A stretch of DNA of 64,000 nucleotides from Nannocystales bacterium (GTDB taxonomy: Bacteria > Myxococcota_A > Polyangia > Nannocystales > Nannocystaceae): positions 192,001-256,000 of the forward strand of contig JBOEGF010000014.1 in NCBI GenBank assembly GCA_050633305.1, written 5' to 3'. Both the position numbers and the translations under genes were made by a program. Of the stretch, positions 28,036 through 37,420 are shown piece by piece. The notes under the pieces were generated by a model. It was given only the letters and a program-made list of their open reading frames with translations. It was not told the DNA's origin and did no database searches. Positions within the stretch are counted from its first letter, which is position 1. Each line of letters opens with the position of its first letter.

Positions 28036-29394
28036 TCAAAGCTCAATCGTTGTCCAAGCTTTTCGCCTCCACATTACTGCGAAAGCTACCGCGGTCAGAG
28101 CGCGATAACCAAGTTGCGCGCTCCATATCGGGAGAAGCCCGAAGCCGAGGATCGGTCCGAGTACGAATGCGATGGGGAGGAACAGACCCCACTGCAGACT
28201 GATCGAAACCACCATCACAGCGCGGTTGGCTCCCGCGCCAAGCATCGCGTTCATCAGCACCATGCCGATGCCGTCGACCGCGATGAAGAGACCGGCCAGA
28301 CGCATGGGCCATCGCGCGGCGTCGAGGGCTTCGGGGGAGTGCAGGAAGGGCGATAGAACCAGGTCCGGTACGAGGGCCATGGGCAGACCCAGTCCACCCA
28401 TCACCCAGACTGCGATCTTCGCGACGTCCCATCCCCACGCGTACGCATCCTCGGGCTCCTTACGCCCGAGTGCCTGCCCGACAAGCGACGCAGCGGCGAT
28501 GCCGAGGGCTATACCGGGCAGCAGTGCTACAAGAGTGACGTTGACCAGCGCGTTGGCAGCAGCGACGTCGACGGTCGAGTGACCGACTTCACCCAAGGCG
28601 ATGTGCCCGAGGATCCAGAACAGCACGTTGAACCCGGCCGCAAACATGAACTGCTGGAGGCCGTTGGGCAGTGCGAGCGTGATGATGCGACGGAACGTCT
28701 TGCGGTCCGGGAGCGCTCGCAAGAACCCTGCACTGCGGGCATGTCGGAGGCCAAGCCATAGGTAGAAGACCGAGCCGATACACGTCGCAATGGCGCTCGA
28801 GACACCCGCCCCATACGCGCCGAGTTCTGGCGCGCCAAGGTTGCCGAAGATCAGCAGCCAGTTGAAGAAGATGTTGCACGCGTGCATCACGAGCAGCGTG
28901 CGTAGGTAGAGCTTGGAGAGGTCGACCGCGTTCCAGTAGCCCCGGAACGAAAAGTTCGTCGCCACCGCAACCATCGCGATCAGCCGGGCCTGCAGGTAGG
29001 GCACGCCGATGTCGAGCACCGCGGGGTCGGGGTTCTGCAGCGGAAAGAACCACGGAACGAGCATGTACAGCCCGACCGAAAGCGGGATGCCGATCAGGAT
29101 GCCGCACAGCAGCGCCGCGTTGAGCGGAATCGCCGTCTCGTTGTCGCGGCCCTCACCTTTGCGCCGCGCGGCGATGCTCTGCACACCCGCGGACAGGCCG
29201 GTCAGGAATGAGAAGGCGAGGAAGTTTGCGAAGCCCCCGACGCCAACCGCTGCCACAGCCGCATCGCCCTCCGTTGCGACCATGGCGAGGTCGACCAGGT
29301 TGAGCACGTTCTGAGAGACCATGCCCCCGATGATGGGTAGCGCGATCCCGAGGATCCGCTTCGTTCTCTCTCGCACGCGCCCGCACTCCACCAC
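28036..29394 (-). CDS. MATE family efflux transporter
   Basis: IALPIIGGMVSQNVLNLVD, NWLLIFGNLGAPELGAYGAG, VGQALG; 12-TM-like pattern. Start uncertain by a few codons. Confidence 0.9.
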   Translation of the reverse strand: MVECGRVRERTKRILGIALPIIGGMVSQNVLNLVDLAMVATEGDAAVAAVGVGGFANFLAFSFLTGLSAGVQSIAARRKGEGRDNETAIPLNAALLCGILIGIPLSVGLYMLVPWFFPLQNPDPAVLDIGVPYLQARLIAMVAVATNFSFRGYWNAVDLSKLYLRTLLVMHACNIFFNWLLIFGNLGAPELGAYGAGVSSAIATCIGSVFYLWLGLRHARSAGFLRALPDRKTFRRIITLALPNGLQQFMFAAGFNVLFWILGHIALGEVGHSTVDVAAANALVNVTLVALLPGIALGIAAASLVGQALGRKEPEDAYAWGWDVAKIAVWVMGGLGLPMALVPDLVLSPFLHSPEALDAARWPMRLAGLFIAVDGIGMVLMNAMLGAGANRAVMVVSISLQWGLFLPIAFVLGPILGFGLLPIWSAQLGYRALTAVAFAVMWRRKAWTTIEL

Positions 29395-29746
29395 CGCATG
29401 TGGTGCGGGTCAATGACTGTTGTAGGCCGTTTTACGAACGTCTCGGCTGGGAAGAAACCCGGACGCTCAACCCCCATCGTCGGTTCTTGTTCCCGCACGA
29501 GATGCGGGCGGGTGTGCCATGGCTGGAACCCCCTTCCTCATCGCGTCGAGGCCGACTTGCACACGCTGCTGGGACCCGCAGGTCGTTGCAAAGGACGAAG
29601 TCCGACGTGCGGACCTGGGCGACGCGAAGCTCGCCGTGGGTCGAGCGGGTCATGGGGGGCGGGGCGCCGAGGCGAAGTGGGGATGTGCGGGGTCACGCCA
29701 AACCGTCCGGGGCTGGCGTGGGGAGCGGCGCGCGCCACCTCGAAGT

Positions 29747-31420
29747 TCACTCGATCGCGAGGTTTCGTAGGCGGTTGATCGCCGCGGCGACCTCTGCGGG
29801 GCGAACCGCTGCAAGCTCGGGGCTGGGCCGTAGAGCGTACAGGCCTTCATGTTGCGCCTGCGCGACCGCTGCCGCAGCGAGCTCGGCGATCGGGGTGCCC
29901 GAAGGCTGCGCGCTCGCCCACTCCAGCAGGGTCCCGAGCAAGCGAACCTGGGACGCGTCGACAAGTTGTTCCAACCCATCGAGGGTAATGGTGTCGTCGC
30001 CGTAGCTCAGGTCCCGGAGCCCGCGTGCTCGGACCTTTCCGCGTCGTCGGTCTCGCCGAATCGGAGCCAGTGACGTGGGGGTGAACACTCGCCGACACGG
30101 AGCCCACTCCGGGTGATTCGCCGATGGCTCGCGGGCGCTGGGGAGTGCGGCACTCACCTCGCGGGCCCGTTGGGTCGCGTCGTACGGATGGTAGTCGTCC
30201 ATCCTGATCACGGTGTCGGCAACGTCGAGGTAGTCGCCACTCCCCCCGACCACCAGAACGCTCGATACGCCAAGCTCGGCGTGGAGCTGTTGCACGCGGT
30301 CGATGAGAGGCGTGATGGTCTCGCGCTGGATGAGCGCCTGCATTCGGGCGTCTCGGACCAACAGGTTCGTCGCGCACGTGTCCTCGTCAAACAGCAGAGC
30401 GCGGGTGCCGAGTTCCACCGACTCGATGATTGCGGCGGCGAGGCTGGTGCTGCCGGAGGCATCTGTCGTGGAGAACGAGCGCGTCTCCCGGGAACCTGGC
30501 AGCGATGAGATGAAGGGCCGGAGGTCAACCCCGGTCACGGCTCGCCCATCCTCGGACCGTACCTTCATCGCGGATGGGATGGTCACGACTCGTTCGCGTC
30601 CATCGCCGGGGACATGCGGATAGATCCCCTCCGCAAGGGCCTGCAGAAGCGTGCTCTTGCCGTGAAAACCTGCGCCGGCGATGAGCGTGACCCCGCGAGG
30701 GATCCCCAGGCCGGGCAGTGGCTCCCCGCCCAGGTCTCGAAGCTCAACCCGGAGCGCGTCCGGAGCCTTCATCGCGATGGCACCGGGCAGCGGCTTGGTG
30801 TCCACGCCAGAGGCTCGCGGCAGGACCGAGCCGTCGGCCACGAATGCGACCAGCCCCGCCGCTTCGAGCTGCCGGGTCAGCTCAGCGTGCTGGAGGGCGC
30901 TGCGTTGCCAGCTTCGAATGTCTTCGGTGCGGACCGACGACGCCCGAACCGCGTCGGCCATCGCGGGGATGGCGTCGCACAGGAGCTCTGCCGCGACGCG
31001 CCCCAGGACGCGACGACCGGCCGCCGGCAGTCCTACTCGGAACCGAAGCTCGATCGCATCGTCCACGATGTCACAGCCGCTTCGGGCGAGCAGGGCCGCG
31101 CCTCCGGCGTCGACATCGATGACTCCAGACTTGCCGCTCCCTTTGCGAGCGCTCTTGCGCGTGGCTGCGGCAAAGCGGCGCAGGAGGAGGTCACACAATG
31201 CGACGCGCCCGGGCCCGGCTCGGAGCGCTGCGGGTTCGTAGCCATGGTGTCGAACCCGGACCCGGACGACAGACGGTGCCGCGAAGGGGTCGCCCTGGAC
31301 GTGGTCGATCGCGACATCGAGCTGGTCTCCGGCCCACAGTCCTCGGATTCGTTTGTAGGCGCCGTAGCTTCCGCCGTCGAGGCGCCGCAGCAACGCCTGG
31401 AGGTCGGCGAGGGTGCTCAT
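29747..31420 (-). CDS. ABC-class ATPase domain protein (ABC_ATPase family)
   Basis: DHVQGDPFAAPS, GAGFHGKSTLL, HVPGDGRE, ASGSTS, DEDTCATN, GGSGDY. Confidence 0.88.
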   Translation of the reverse strand: MSTLADLQALLRRLDGGSYGAYKRIRGLWAGDQLDVAIDHVQGDPFAAPSVVRVRVRHHGYEPAALRAGPGRVALCDLLLRRFAAATRKSARKGSGKSGVIDVDAGGAALLARSGCDIVDDAIELRFRVGLPAAGRRVLGRVAAELLCDAIPAMADAVRASSVRTEDIRSWQRSALQHAELTRQLEAAGLVAFVADGSVLPRASGVDTKPLPGAIAMKAPDALRVELRDLGGEPLPGLGIPRGVTLIAGAGFHGKSTLLQALAEGIYPHVPGDGRERVVTIPSAMKVRSEDGRAVTGVDLRPFISSLPGSRETRSFSTTDASGSTSLAAAIIESVELGTRALLFDEDTCATNLLVRDARMQALIQRETITPLIDRVQQLHAELGVSSVLVVGGSGDYLDVADTVIRMDDYHPYDATQRAREVSAALPSAREPSANHPEWAPCRRVFTPTSLAPIRRDRRRGKVRARGLRDLSYGDDTITLDGLEQLVDASQVRLLGTLLEWASAQPSGTPIAELAAAAVAQAQHEGLYALRPSPELAAVRPAEVAAAINRLRNLAIE

Positions 31421-32295
31421 CGAGGGTACAGGGGGCGAAGTTCGTGGCCGAGGCGGAGGTCGTGAACCGACGCATAGCGCTTGGAGAGGTCGAGTCGCAG
31501 GTACGTCTTGTTCTCGTCGTGAAGCCCGAACGAGGTGGAGAGGCAGAGCTGCTCATCCCCGATCTTCTCGTATCCATCGCGGACCACGTCGTGTCCATAC
31601 GCCACGAATCCTTCAGAGGTCTCGCTGCCCGAGGCCACATCCCGGAAGGCGCGGGCTTGCTCCCCAGTGGCATGGCGGGACCACAGCAGAGCGCCGAGCG
31701 TTGTGTGCTCGTGGATGCTGGTGATCGACGTCTCGTCGAACCCGGCGTACTCGATGCGCTCGAACTCCTCGAGCGAAGGCTCGGTCCGGCGCGGTGCCCC
31801 GTGGCAAAACGAAGCTCCGCACGAGGTGGTCGCGATGAGTGGCAGAACCGAGAGAAACTCGCGGACCTCGTCGACGCGGTCTCCCAGACGCGCGTTGAGA
31901 ATCGCCGCTTCGTCCGGGTGGAACTTGCTGACGACGGGCCCGCCGATGTGGGCGTGCTCGTGGTTGCCGAGCAGTCCGACCGCGAGTTCATTCTGCGAGA
32001 ACTGCATGAAGTCGAGGACCACCTCGGCGCTCTGATCTTCATAGAGCGTGCCGAGGAAGTCGGGCCAGGCCTCGGAGGTGGCCAGCTCTTCGCTGGGTCC
32101 GTGCACCATGTCTCCGCAGAACAGGAGAATCGGCGCGTTGCCTTGGCTCTTCTCCTGCGCGTAGAGCTCTTTCAGAGCGCAGTAGTCGCCCCAGTTTCCC
32201 TGCAAGTCTGTCGCGACGAGCAATACGCCAGCGTCGGGAAGCTGGGCGACCTTCTTCCCGCGCCACCAGCCTGGCTCGACCAAATTCCCCGACAT
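31417..32295 (-). CDS. calcineurin-like metallophosphoesterase
   Basis: TDLQGN, GDMVHG, GNHE, CHG and YGHD metal-binding motifs. Confidence 0.85.
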   Translation of the reverse strand: MSGNLVEPGWWRGKKVAQLPDAGVLLVATDLQGNWGDYCALKELYAQEKSQGNAPILLFCGDMVHGPSEELATSEAWPDFLGTLYEDQSAEVVLDFMQFSQNELAVGLLGNHEHAHIGGPVVSKFHPDEAAILNARLGDRVDEVREFLSVLPLIATTSCGASFCHGAPRRTEPSLEEFERIEYAGFDETSITSIHEHTTLGALLWSRHATGEQARAFRDVASGSETSEGFVAYGHDVVRDGYEKIGDEQLCLSTSFGLHDENKTYLRLDLSKRYASVHDLRLGHELRPLYPR

Positions 32296-32447
32296 GCGGC
32301 CGCGAACCCTAGCAGGCCCCACCGAAGCCTGCAGACACATTTGCGTACCGTGCGCGAGGACCGGGGAGACAGTGTCTCACGCCGGAGAGCACTGTCCCAG
32401 CGAGACGGCCCCCCGAACGGAGCTGGCTGTGAGACACTTTGGGCTCC

Positions 32448-33845
32448 GTGTCGTCCACGATTGAGGTCCTGACGCTCGATGCTGATGGCAACGCCGTCCG
32501 AGAGCTGCAGGACACCTTGCGCCGCCACAATCGGGCATTTCGCGTGACGCCTGCGACGAACCCGGACGCGGCGCTCGCGATTTTGGACGTGCGTCCCGTG
32601 CAAATGGTCCTCGTCGACCTCGACATGCCGGGGTCAGGGTTCACCTTCCTCGAGTCGCTTCGCGAGCGCTGGGAACAGCTCCCGGTCCTCGTGACGAGCC
32701 GGCGCGACTCTGCGCGTGCGGCTGTTCGCGCGTTGAAGTGTGGAGCTTGTGACTACTTGTTGCGTCCGCTGGACATGACGGAGGTCGTACACAGCGTGGA
32801 CGAGATCGCGCGGGACCTCCGGAGCGAGCCCGAGAACCGGAAGACCCAGGCGATCGGTTCGATCAGCTTCTCGGACATCATTGGAGACTGCGACGCGATG
32901 CGCGAAGTGTACGAGCACATCGCGACGGTGCGGAACTCGAAGATCGCCGTGTTCGTCGGAGGCGAGACAGGCACCGGCAAGGAATTGGTCACGCGTGCGA
33001 TCCACCGGGCGGGCCCGCGAGCGTCCGCTCCGTTTGTCGCGATCAACTGCGGCGCGATCCCTGAGCACCTTCAAGAGAGCGAGTTGTTCGGGCACGACAA
33101 AGGGGCGTTCACCGGGGCCACATCCGCGCGCTCGGGACGTTTCGAGCAGGCGCAGGGCGGCACGCTGTTTCTCGACGAGGTGGGTGAGCTGAGCGCGGCC
33201 GCGCAGGTCCGCTTGCTCCGGGTGCTGCAAGACGGGACGTTCATGCGTGTGGGGGGAAGCGAAGGCATCCACTCCGACGTTCGCATCATCTCGGCGACGC
33301 ACCGCGACCTCAAACAGATGGTCGCGTCCGGAGAGTTCCGCGAAGACCTCTACTACCGGTTGATCGTCTACCCGATCCTCGTGCCCGCTCTCCGCGAACG
33401 CGGAAACGACATCCGTAGGCTCGTCGCCCACATGATCGAGAAGTTTGGTCCCGACGTTGGCCATCCGGTCGAGGGCTTGTCGCCGGAGGCGTTCGATTGC
33501 GTGGATCGCTATGCGTGGCCTGGGAACGTTCGCGAACTGGAGAACGTCGTGCACCGGGCGATGCTGTTGGCCTCGAGCGGCCTGATCACGAAGGACTGTC
33601 TGCCGGATCACATTCGTGGAGAGGTGGCAGAGCGCTCGGTAGGGCATCTGGGCGACTCGATGCTCGCGGGCGAAACACCGAAACTCTCGCTTGCGGACGC
33701 CGAGAAGCACGCGATTCAGCGCGCGCTCGAGGCATCAGGGGGCAACGTCACCAAGGCCGCCAAGCGGCTTGGCATCGCTCGGGCGACGATCTACCGCAAG
33801 ATGCAGCGTCTCGGCGTTGCGCACCCGCGTGCGGGCGAGCACTGA
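32448..33845 (+). CDS. sigma-54-dependent response regulator (NtrC family)
   Basis: Receiver domain, GETGTGKE, GAFTGA, FLDEVGEL, WPGNVREL, and a Fis-type HTH. Start uncertain (32439 or 32448). Confidence 0.93.
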   Translation: MSSTIEVLTLDADGNAVRELQDTLRRHNRAFRVTPATNPDAALAILDVRPVQMVLVDLDMPGSGFTFLESLRERWEQLPVLVTSRRDSARAAVRALKCGACDYLLRPLDMTEVVHSVDEIARDLRSEPENRKTQAIGSISFSDIIGDCDAMREVYEHIATVRNSKIAVFVGGETGTGKELVTRAIHRAGPRASAPFVAINCGAIPEHLQESELFGHDKGAFTGATSARSGRFEQAQGGTLFLDEVGELSAAAQVRLLRVLQDGTFMRVGGSEGIHSDVRIISATHRDLKQMVASGEFREDLYYRLIVYPILVPALRERGNDIRRLVAHMIEKFGPDVGHPVEGLSPEAFDCVDRYAWPGNVRELENVVHRAMLLASSGLITKDCLPDHIRGEVAERSVGHLGDSMLAGETPKLSLADAEKHAIQRALEASGGNVTKAAKRLGIARATIYRKMQRLGVAHPRAGEH

Positions 33846-33875
33846 GCGGGCGGCCCGTCCTCGCCGCGGGTTTTG

Positions 33876-34286
33876 CTAGCGCCAGGTGTCCATGGCCGCG
33901 GCGACGGCTGCCGGGGTCTCGGTCTCGCCTCGGGACCGCGCCCAGCCGCGTAGGTACAACGCCACGGTGAGTGGGTGTTGAGACGGAGCGACCGACTGCA
34001 CTTCGATGAAGTGCAGCAGGCTGCGCACGAGGAACGACAGCCCCCCGTTGGCTTGAGAAGCCGCGGCGCTCGACAACAGCTGCAACGCCGTCTTCACGTT
34101 GCCGAGGTTCGACATCCGCGCGTCGACGTCCTCGTGCGAGGCCTCGACGCCAGCGTCCATCGCGGGGACGCAGTCATCGAACTCGGGGAGGAACGCGAGC
34201 TCGGGGACTGCAGTCAGGAGCGTGTCGACCTCCGTAGGGCTCTTCGGCTCGGGTGACCCCGGCTGGAGCTCCGCGCGAGGGATCAT
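33876..34286 (-). CDS. hypothetical protein
   Basis: 136-aa ORF coupled (ATGA) to the sulfotransferase-like gene. Confidence 0.6.
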   Translation of the reverse strand: MIPRAELQPGSPEPKSPTEVDTLLTAVPELAFLPEFDDCVPAMDAGVEASHEDVDARMSNLGNVKTALQLLSSAAASQANGGLSFLVRSLLHFIEVQSVAPSQHPLTVALYLRGWARSRGETETPAAVAAAMDTWR

Positions 34287-35137
34287 GGGTTGCCTTCGGG
34301 TCGAGGGCCGGGCTTGGGAGTCCGGCGACGCGCAGCGCGGGCATCGGAGACGGCCTTCTGCGCCTGTGCGATGCGCGGTGCGATCTCAACATGCGCCTCG
34401 TTGAGCGTGCTGATGAGCGCTGGGTCGAGCCCGCTGCGCTCGTCCACGGTTCGGTAGAGGAGCTCGAACGCGTCGATGACCTTGGTGCTCAGTCCCTCGG
34501 GGGCAGGCGCGTCTTCGTTGCGCTGCTGGGTTCGGTTCTTGGGTTTGACCGCGGCCACGGCAGCTTCCACGTTCACGTCCTTGTCGCCGAGCCAGTCGAG
34601 AGTGTTCTCGATGACGACTTTGTGGTTGGACAGGAGACCGTCGTAGGACTGCACGTGCACGCGAAAGCGCCGCGTGACGATGTCGCGGATGAGGGCGAAG
34701 TTCTCGGACCACCACTCGAAGACGGGTGGGATGCGAACGGGCCGCACCGAGTCGGGCTTGTTCTCCACCCGTGCCTCGTCCTCCATCGCGTACAAGCGCT
34801 CGAGAGAGTCGTGATACTCGCGCCAGTGTCGAACGGTGGCGACGACGGAGCCGAGGAACGCCCGGTCCGTTCGTACCAGCCCCGGGATGAACACCTTGAC
34901 GACGTGACGCTCGACCTGCTCGGGGAAGAAGTAGGCGCCGGTCCGTGGGTGCGGGTTGGTGCGGTAGTAGATGCCTTGGCGAAGGATGGACTCGTAGAAC
35001 CCGTCCGGGTTGGCGTCCTTGATCGTCTCACCCCAGTTGCGGGGGAACGCTTCGCCGAAGGCAGGAAATCCGGCCGATGTCAGGATCTGCATCCACATCG
35101 ATGTGCCGGAACGCTTGGTCCCTGTGACGATCAGCAT
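34283..35137 (-). CDS. sulfotransferase-family P-loop protein
   Basis: IVTGTKRSGTSMWMQIL (5'-PSB loop), NPDGFYES, and VATVRH (3'-PB-like). Confidence 0.75.
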   Translation of the reverse strand: MLIVTGTKRSGTSMWMQILTSAGFPAFGEAFPRNWGETIKDANPDGFYESILRQGIYYRTNPHPRTGAYFFPEQVERHVVKVFIPGLVRTDRAFLGSVVATVRHWREYHDSLERLYAMEDEARVENKPDSVRPVRIPPVFEWWSENFALIRDIVTRRFRVHVQSYDGLLSNHKVVIENTLDWLGDKDVNVEAAVAAVKPKNRTQQRNEDAPAPEGLSTKVIDAFELLYRTVDERSGLDPALISTLNEAHVEIAPRIAQAQKAVSDARAARRRTPKPGPRPEGNP

Positions 35138-35191
35138 GAGTGTCGCGCGTAGGTCGGAGGCAAGCCTCGAGACAAACCTGGAGCCGGAGTC

Positions 35192-36073
35192 CTAGAACGG
35201 GCAATCGATCGGGATGAACGGATCCATCGCCTCGAAGTAGCCCGAGCGGGAGACGAAGTTTTGTCCCGGCGCGAGCACCCAGTGTTCCGCGAGTGGAGCG
35301 AGCGCTTCCCCTTGGGCGTCGACCACCCCGGGGAAGTTGTTGTTGGAGTAGTGCAGGAACATCCCGCCTTCGTCCCACGAACTCTGGATGTCCCGCACTG
35401 GTTCGCAGACACCGTCGATCGGAGTGCTGAGTCGTGCCAGCCAGCGATGCTGGGTGCCGGGAACCTGGCTCAGCGAGACAAAGTCGACCGGAGGACCGGG
35501 CTCATTGTAGCAGTTCTCATAGCAGTACTCGTCTTCGCAATACTCGTCGTAGTACTCGCAGTAGCAGTTCTCGTAGCAGACCTCTCCGCCCGTGAACCCC
35601 TGCAGGTATTGGTAGTACGTGCCGCCGTAGTTGTACTTCCCGCCGTAGTAGTTGGCGAATCCGACACTGAGCCGAAACGCGTCGATATCGACTTCGCCCG
35701 GCGAGCCCATCGCCTCGTTGAACTCGAGCTCGAGCGTCGTCGGGTCGATCAGCCGAACGTCGACGAGCTGCGGGGGTCCATTGATGTTGCCCTGCGTGGG
35801 GTCCGTCGGATCCGTGGGATCGGTTGGATCTGTCGGATCTGTCGGATCGGTTGGGTTCGTGGGATCGGTGGGGTTCGTGGGGTCGCTCGGGTCCGTCGGG
35901 TTGGTATCCGTGCCGCCCGACGGGTTGGTGTCGGTGTCGGTCTCGAAACCGGTTGTGGGCTCTTGGCCGATGAGGGAGGGGTCGATGAGGAGCCGCTCCA
36001 CACAACCAGTCATCGTCAGCGATCCCCCCGCGATCGCCGCGTGCACCCACCGTCCAAACCGAAAGCCAAGCAT
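35192..36073 (-). CDS. lipoprotein with PTD/PTN repeat linker and Tyr/Cys/acidic insert
   Basis: Lipobox MTGC, (PTD/PTN)n linker, Ig-like start TTLELEFNE, and CYENCYCEYYDEYCEDEYCYENCYNE. Confidence 0.75.
   Translation of the reverse strand: MLGFRFGRWVHAAIAGGSLTMTGCVERLLIDPSLIGQEPTTGFETDTDTNPSGGTDTNPTDPSDPTNPTDPTNPTDPTDPTDPTDPTDPTDPTQGNINGPPQLVDVRLIDPTTLELEFNEAMGSPGEVDIDAFRLSVGFANYYGGKYNYGGTYYQYLQGFTGGEVCYENCYCEYYDEYCEDEYCYENCYNEPGPPVDFVSLSQVPGTQHRWLARLSTPIDGVCEPVRDIQSSWDEGGMFLHYSNNNFPGVVDAQGEALAPLAEHWVLAPGQNFVSRSGYFEAMDPFIPIDCPF
35798..35905 (-). repeat. 9-bp tandem repeat encoding PTD/PTN
   Basis: Repeated ggatcggtg/ggatctgtc/ggttcgtgg-like 9-mers. Confidence 0.75.
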
Positions 36074-36199
36074 GGAACTAGCGTTCCAGACGGTCGCGAC
36101 CAGGTCAACCAACCGGTGATTGACGGCCGCGGTACGGACGCAACGCGTGGTCGATGGTCCGAAAATGTCGGTTGCGCCTCAGACGCCCTGTGCCGCCGT

Positions 36200-37399
36200 T
36201 CAGCGCTGGGCGAGTCGGTGTGGGCCGAGGGCGGCGTGTTCGTTGCTTCCCCAGCAGGTGATTTGGCCGCCCGTTCGAACCGCGCAGCTGTGCCCTTTGC
36301 CCAGCGAAATATCGACGGCATCGCCAACGCCTCGGACGGCTCCGGGCTTGAGTCGTCCGCCCGAGATGGGACCGCCGGTCTGCCCTTGGTCGTTGCTGCC
36401 CCAGCACGCCACCCGGCCGGTTTTGAGGCGGGCGCAGCCGTGGCGGTCTCCGCCGGCGATCTGAGCGACTTGCGCCAAACCGTCCATGGGAACCGGTGTG
36501 TTGTGTTTTTTACCGGTGCCTTTCAGGCCCAATTGCCCATCACTGTTGGAGCCCCAACACCACACGGTGCCGTTCTTGCGGACCGCGCAGCTGTGATTGT
36601 CGCCGCTGATCAACGCGACACCATCACGAATGCCCTGGACCTCGACGGCCTTGATGCGGCTGCCACTCTTTCCATCGCCAAGTTGGCCTTCTGTATTGCG
36701 ACCCCAGCACTTCACCTTGCCGGAGCGCTCCAGGGCACAAACATGGTTGCCCCCCGACGCGATCTGTTTGATTGGGCCGAGTCTGTCGATGGTCATCGGG
36801 GAGGCGAACACCCGCTGAGAGTCATCGCTGATCTGTCCGTTCCCGGCGTTGCCCCAACACTTGACCTTGCCGTCGCTGGAGAGCGCGCAGCCGTGATACT
36901 CGCCCAGCGAGATCTGCTTGATGCCCTTGAGGCCGCGAACGCCCGCCACATCCAGCGACATGGCACCCGGGCTGCCGCCACGCCCGTCTCCGAGCTGGCC
37001 GTCTTCGTTGTTGCCCCAACACATCACGCCGCCGTTGGTTCGGAGTGCGCAGCTGAAGTCTCGCCCGACTTCGACCTGCTTTGCCCCGGTCAGGCCGCGA
37101 ACTTTGGATAGCCGTGGCGAGTCGATACGCCCACCGTTGCCCAGCTGCCCGTAGGTGTTCTTGCCCCAACACAACACGTCCCCAGCCTTTCGGCGGGCGC
37201 AGGAGTGTTGGAAGCGAGATGCGACCTGCACGAATGGGTTCGCTGGCGGACGTGCCTGCGCTCTGGGTTGTGTCTTCGGAGTCGTGGGCTTCTGGGCGGT
37301 GGGCTTGGGGCTGGGCTGGGAGGGGGGCTTGCTGGTGCTCCAGGTGCACCCCGTACCGCCCAGAAGTGCACAGCCCAACACGATTGCTCCGACGCGCAT
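36200..37399 (-). CDS. RCC1/BLIP-II beta-propeller lipoprotein
   Basis: MRVGAIVLGCALLGGTGC signal and about seven HSCA....G.V.CWG.N..GQLG repeats. Only the last 399 aa of the listed 1186-aa ORF are real. Confidence 0.88.
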   Translation of the reverse strand: MRVGAIVLGCALLGGTGCTWSTSKPPSQPSPKPTAQKPTTPKTQPRAQARPPANPFVQVASRFQHSCARRKAGDVLCWGKNTYGQLGNGGRIDSPRLSKVRGLTGAKQVEVGRDFSCALRTNGGVMCWGNNEDGQLGDGRGGSPGAMSLDVAGVRGLKGIKQISLGEYHGCALSSDGKVKCWGNAGNGQISDDSQRVFASPMTIDRLGPIKQIASGGNHVCALERSGKVKCWGRNTEGQLGDGKSGSRIKAVEVQGIRDGVALISGDNHSCAVRKNGTVWCWGSNSDGQLGLKGTGKKHNTPVPMDGLAQVAQIAGGDRHGCARLKTGRVACWGSNDQGQTGGPISGGRLKPGAVRGVGDAVDISLGKGHSCAVRTGGQITCWGSNEHAALGPHRLAQR

Positions 37400-37420
37400 G
37401 TCAGCGGAGTATAGCGAGCG

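Noticed and set aside
29395..29746. 350-bp gap with an 83-aa plus-strand ORF (29519..29770, CxxC)
   Set aside because: No recognisable motif or RBS, composition typical of GC-rich non-coding frames, and no identifiable RNA family.
31198..32472. Other long overlapping ORFs (for example 31198..32472, 35261..37111, 44638..46398, 10445..11911)
   Set aside because: Alternative-frame or antisense ORFs over well-supported genes, which is common in high-GC DNA.
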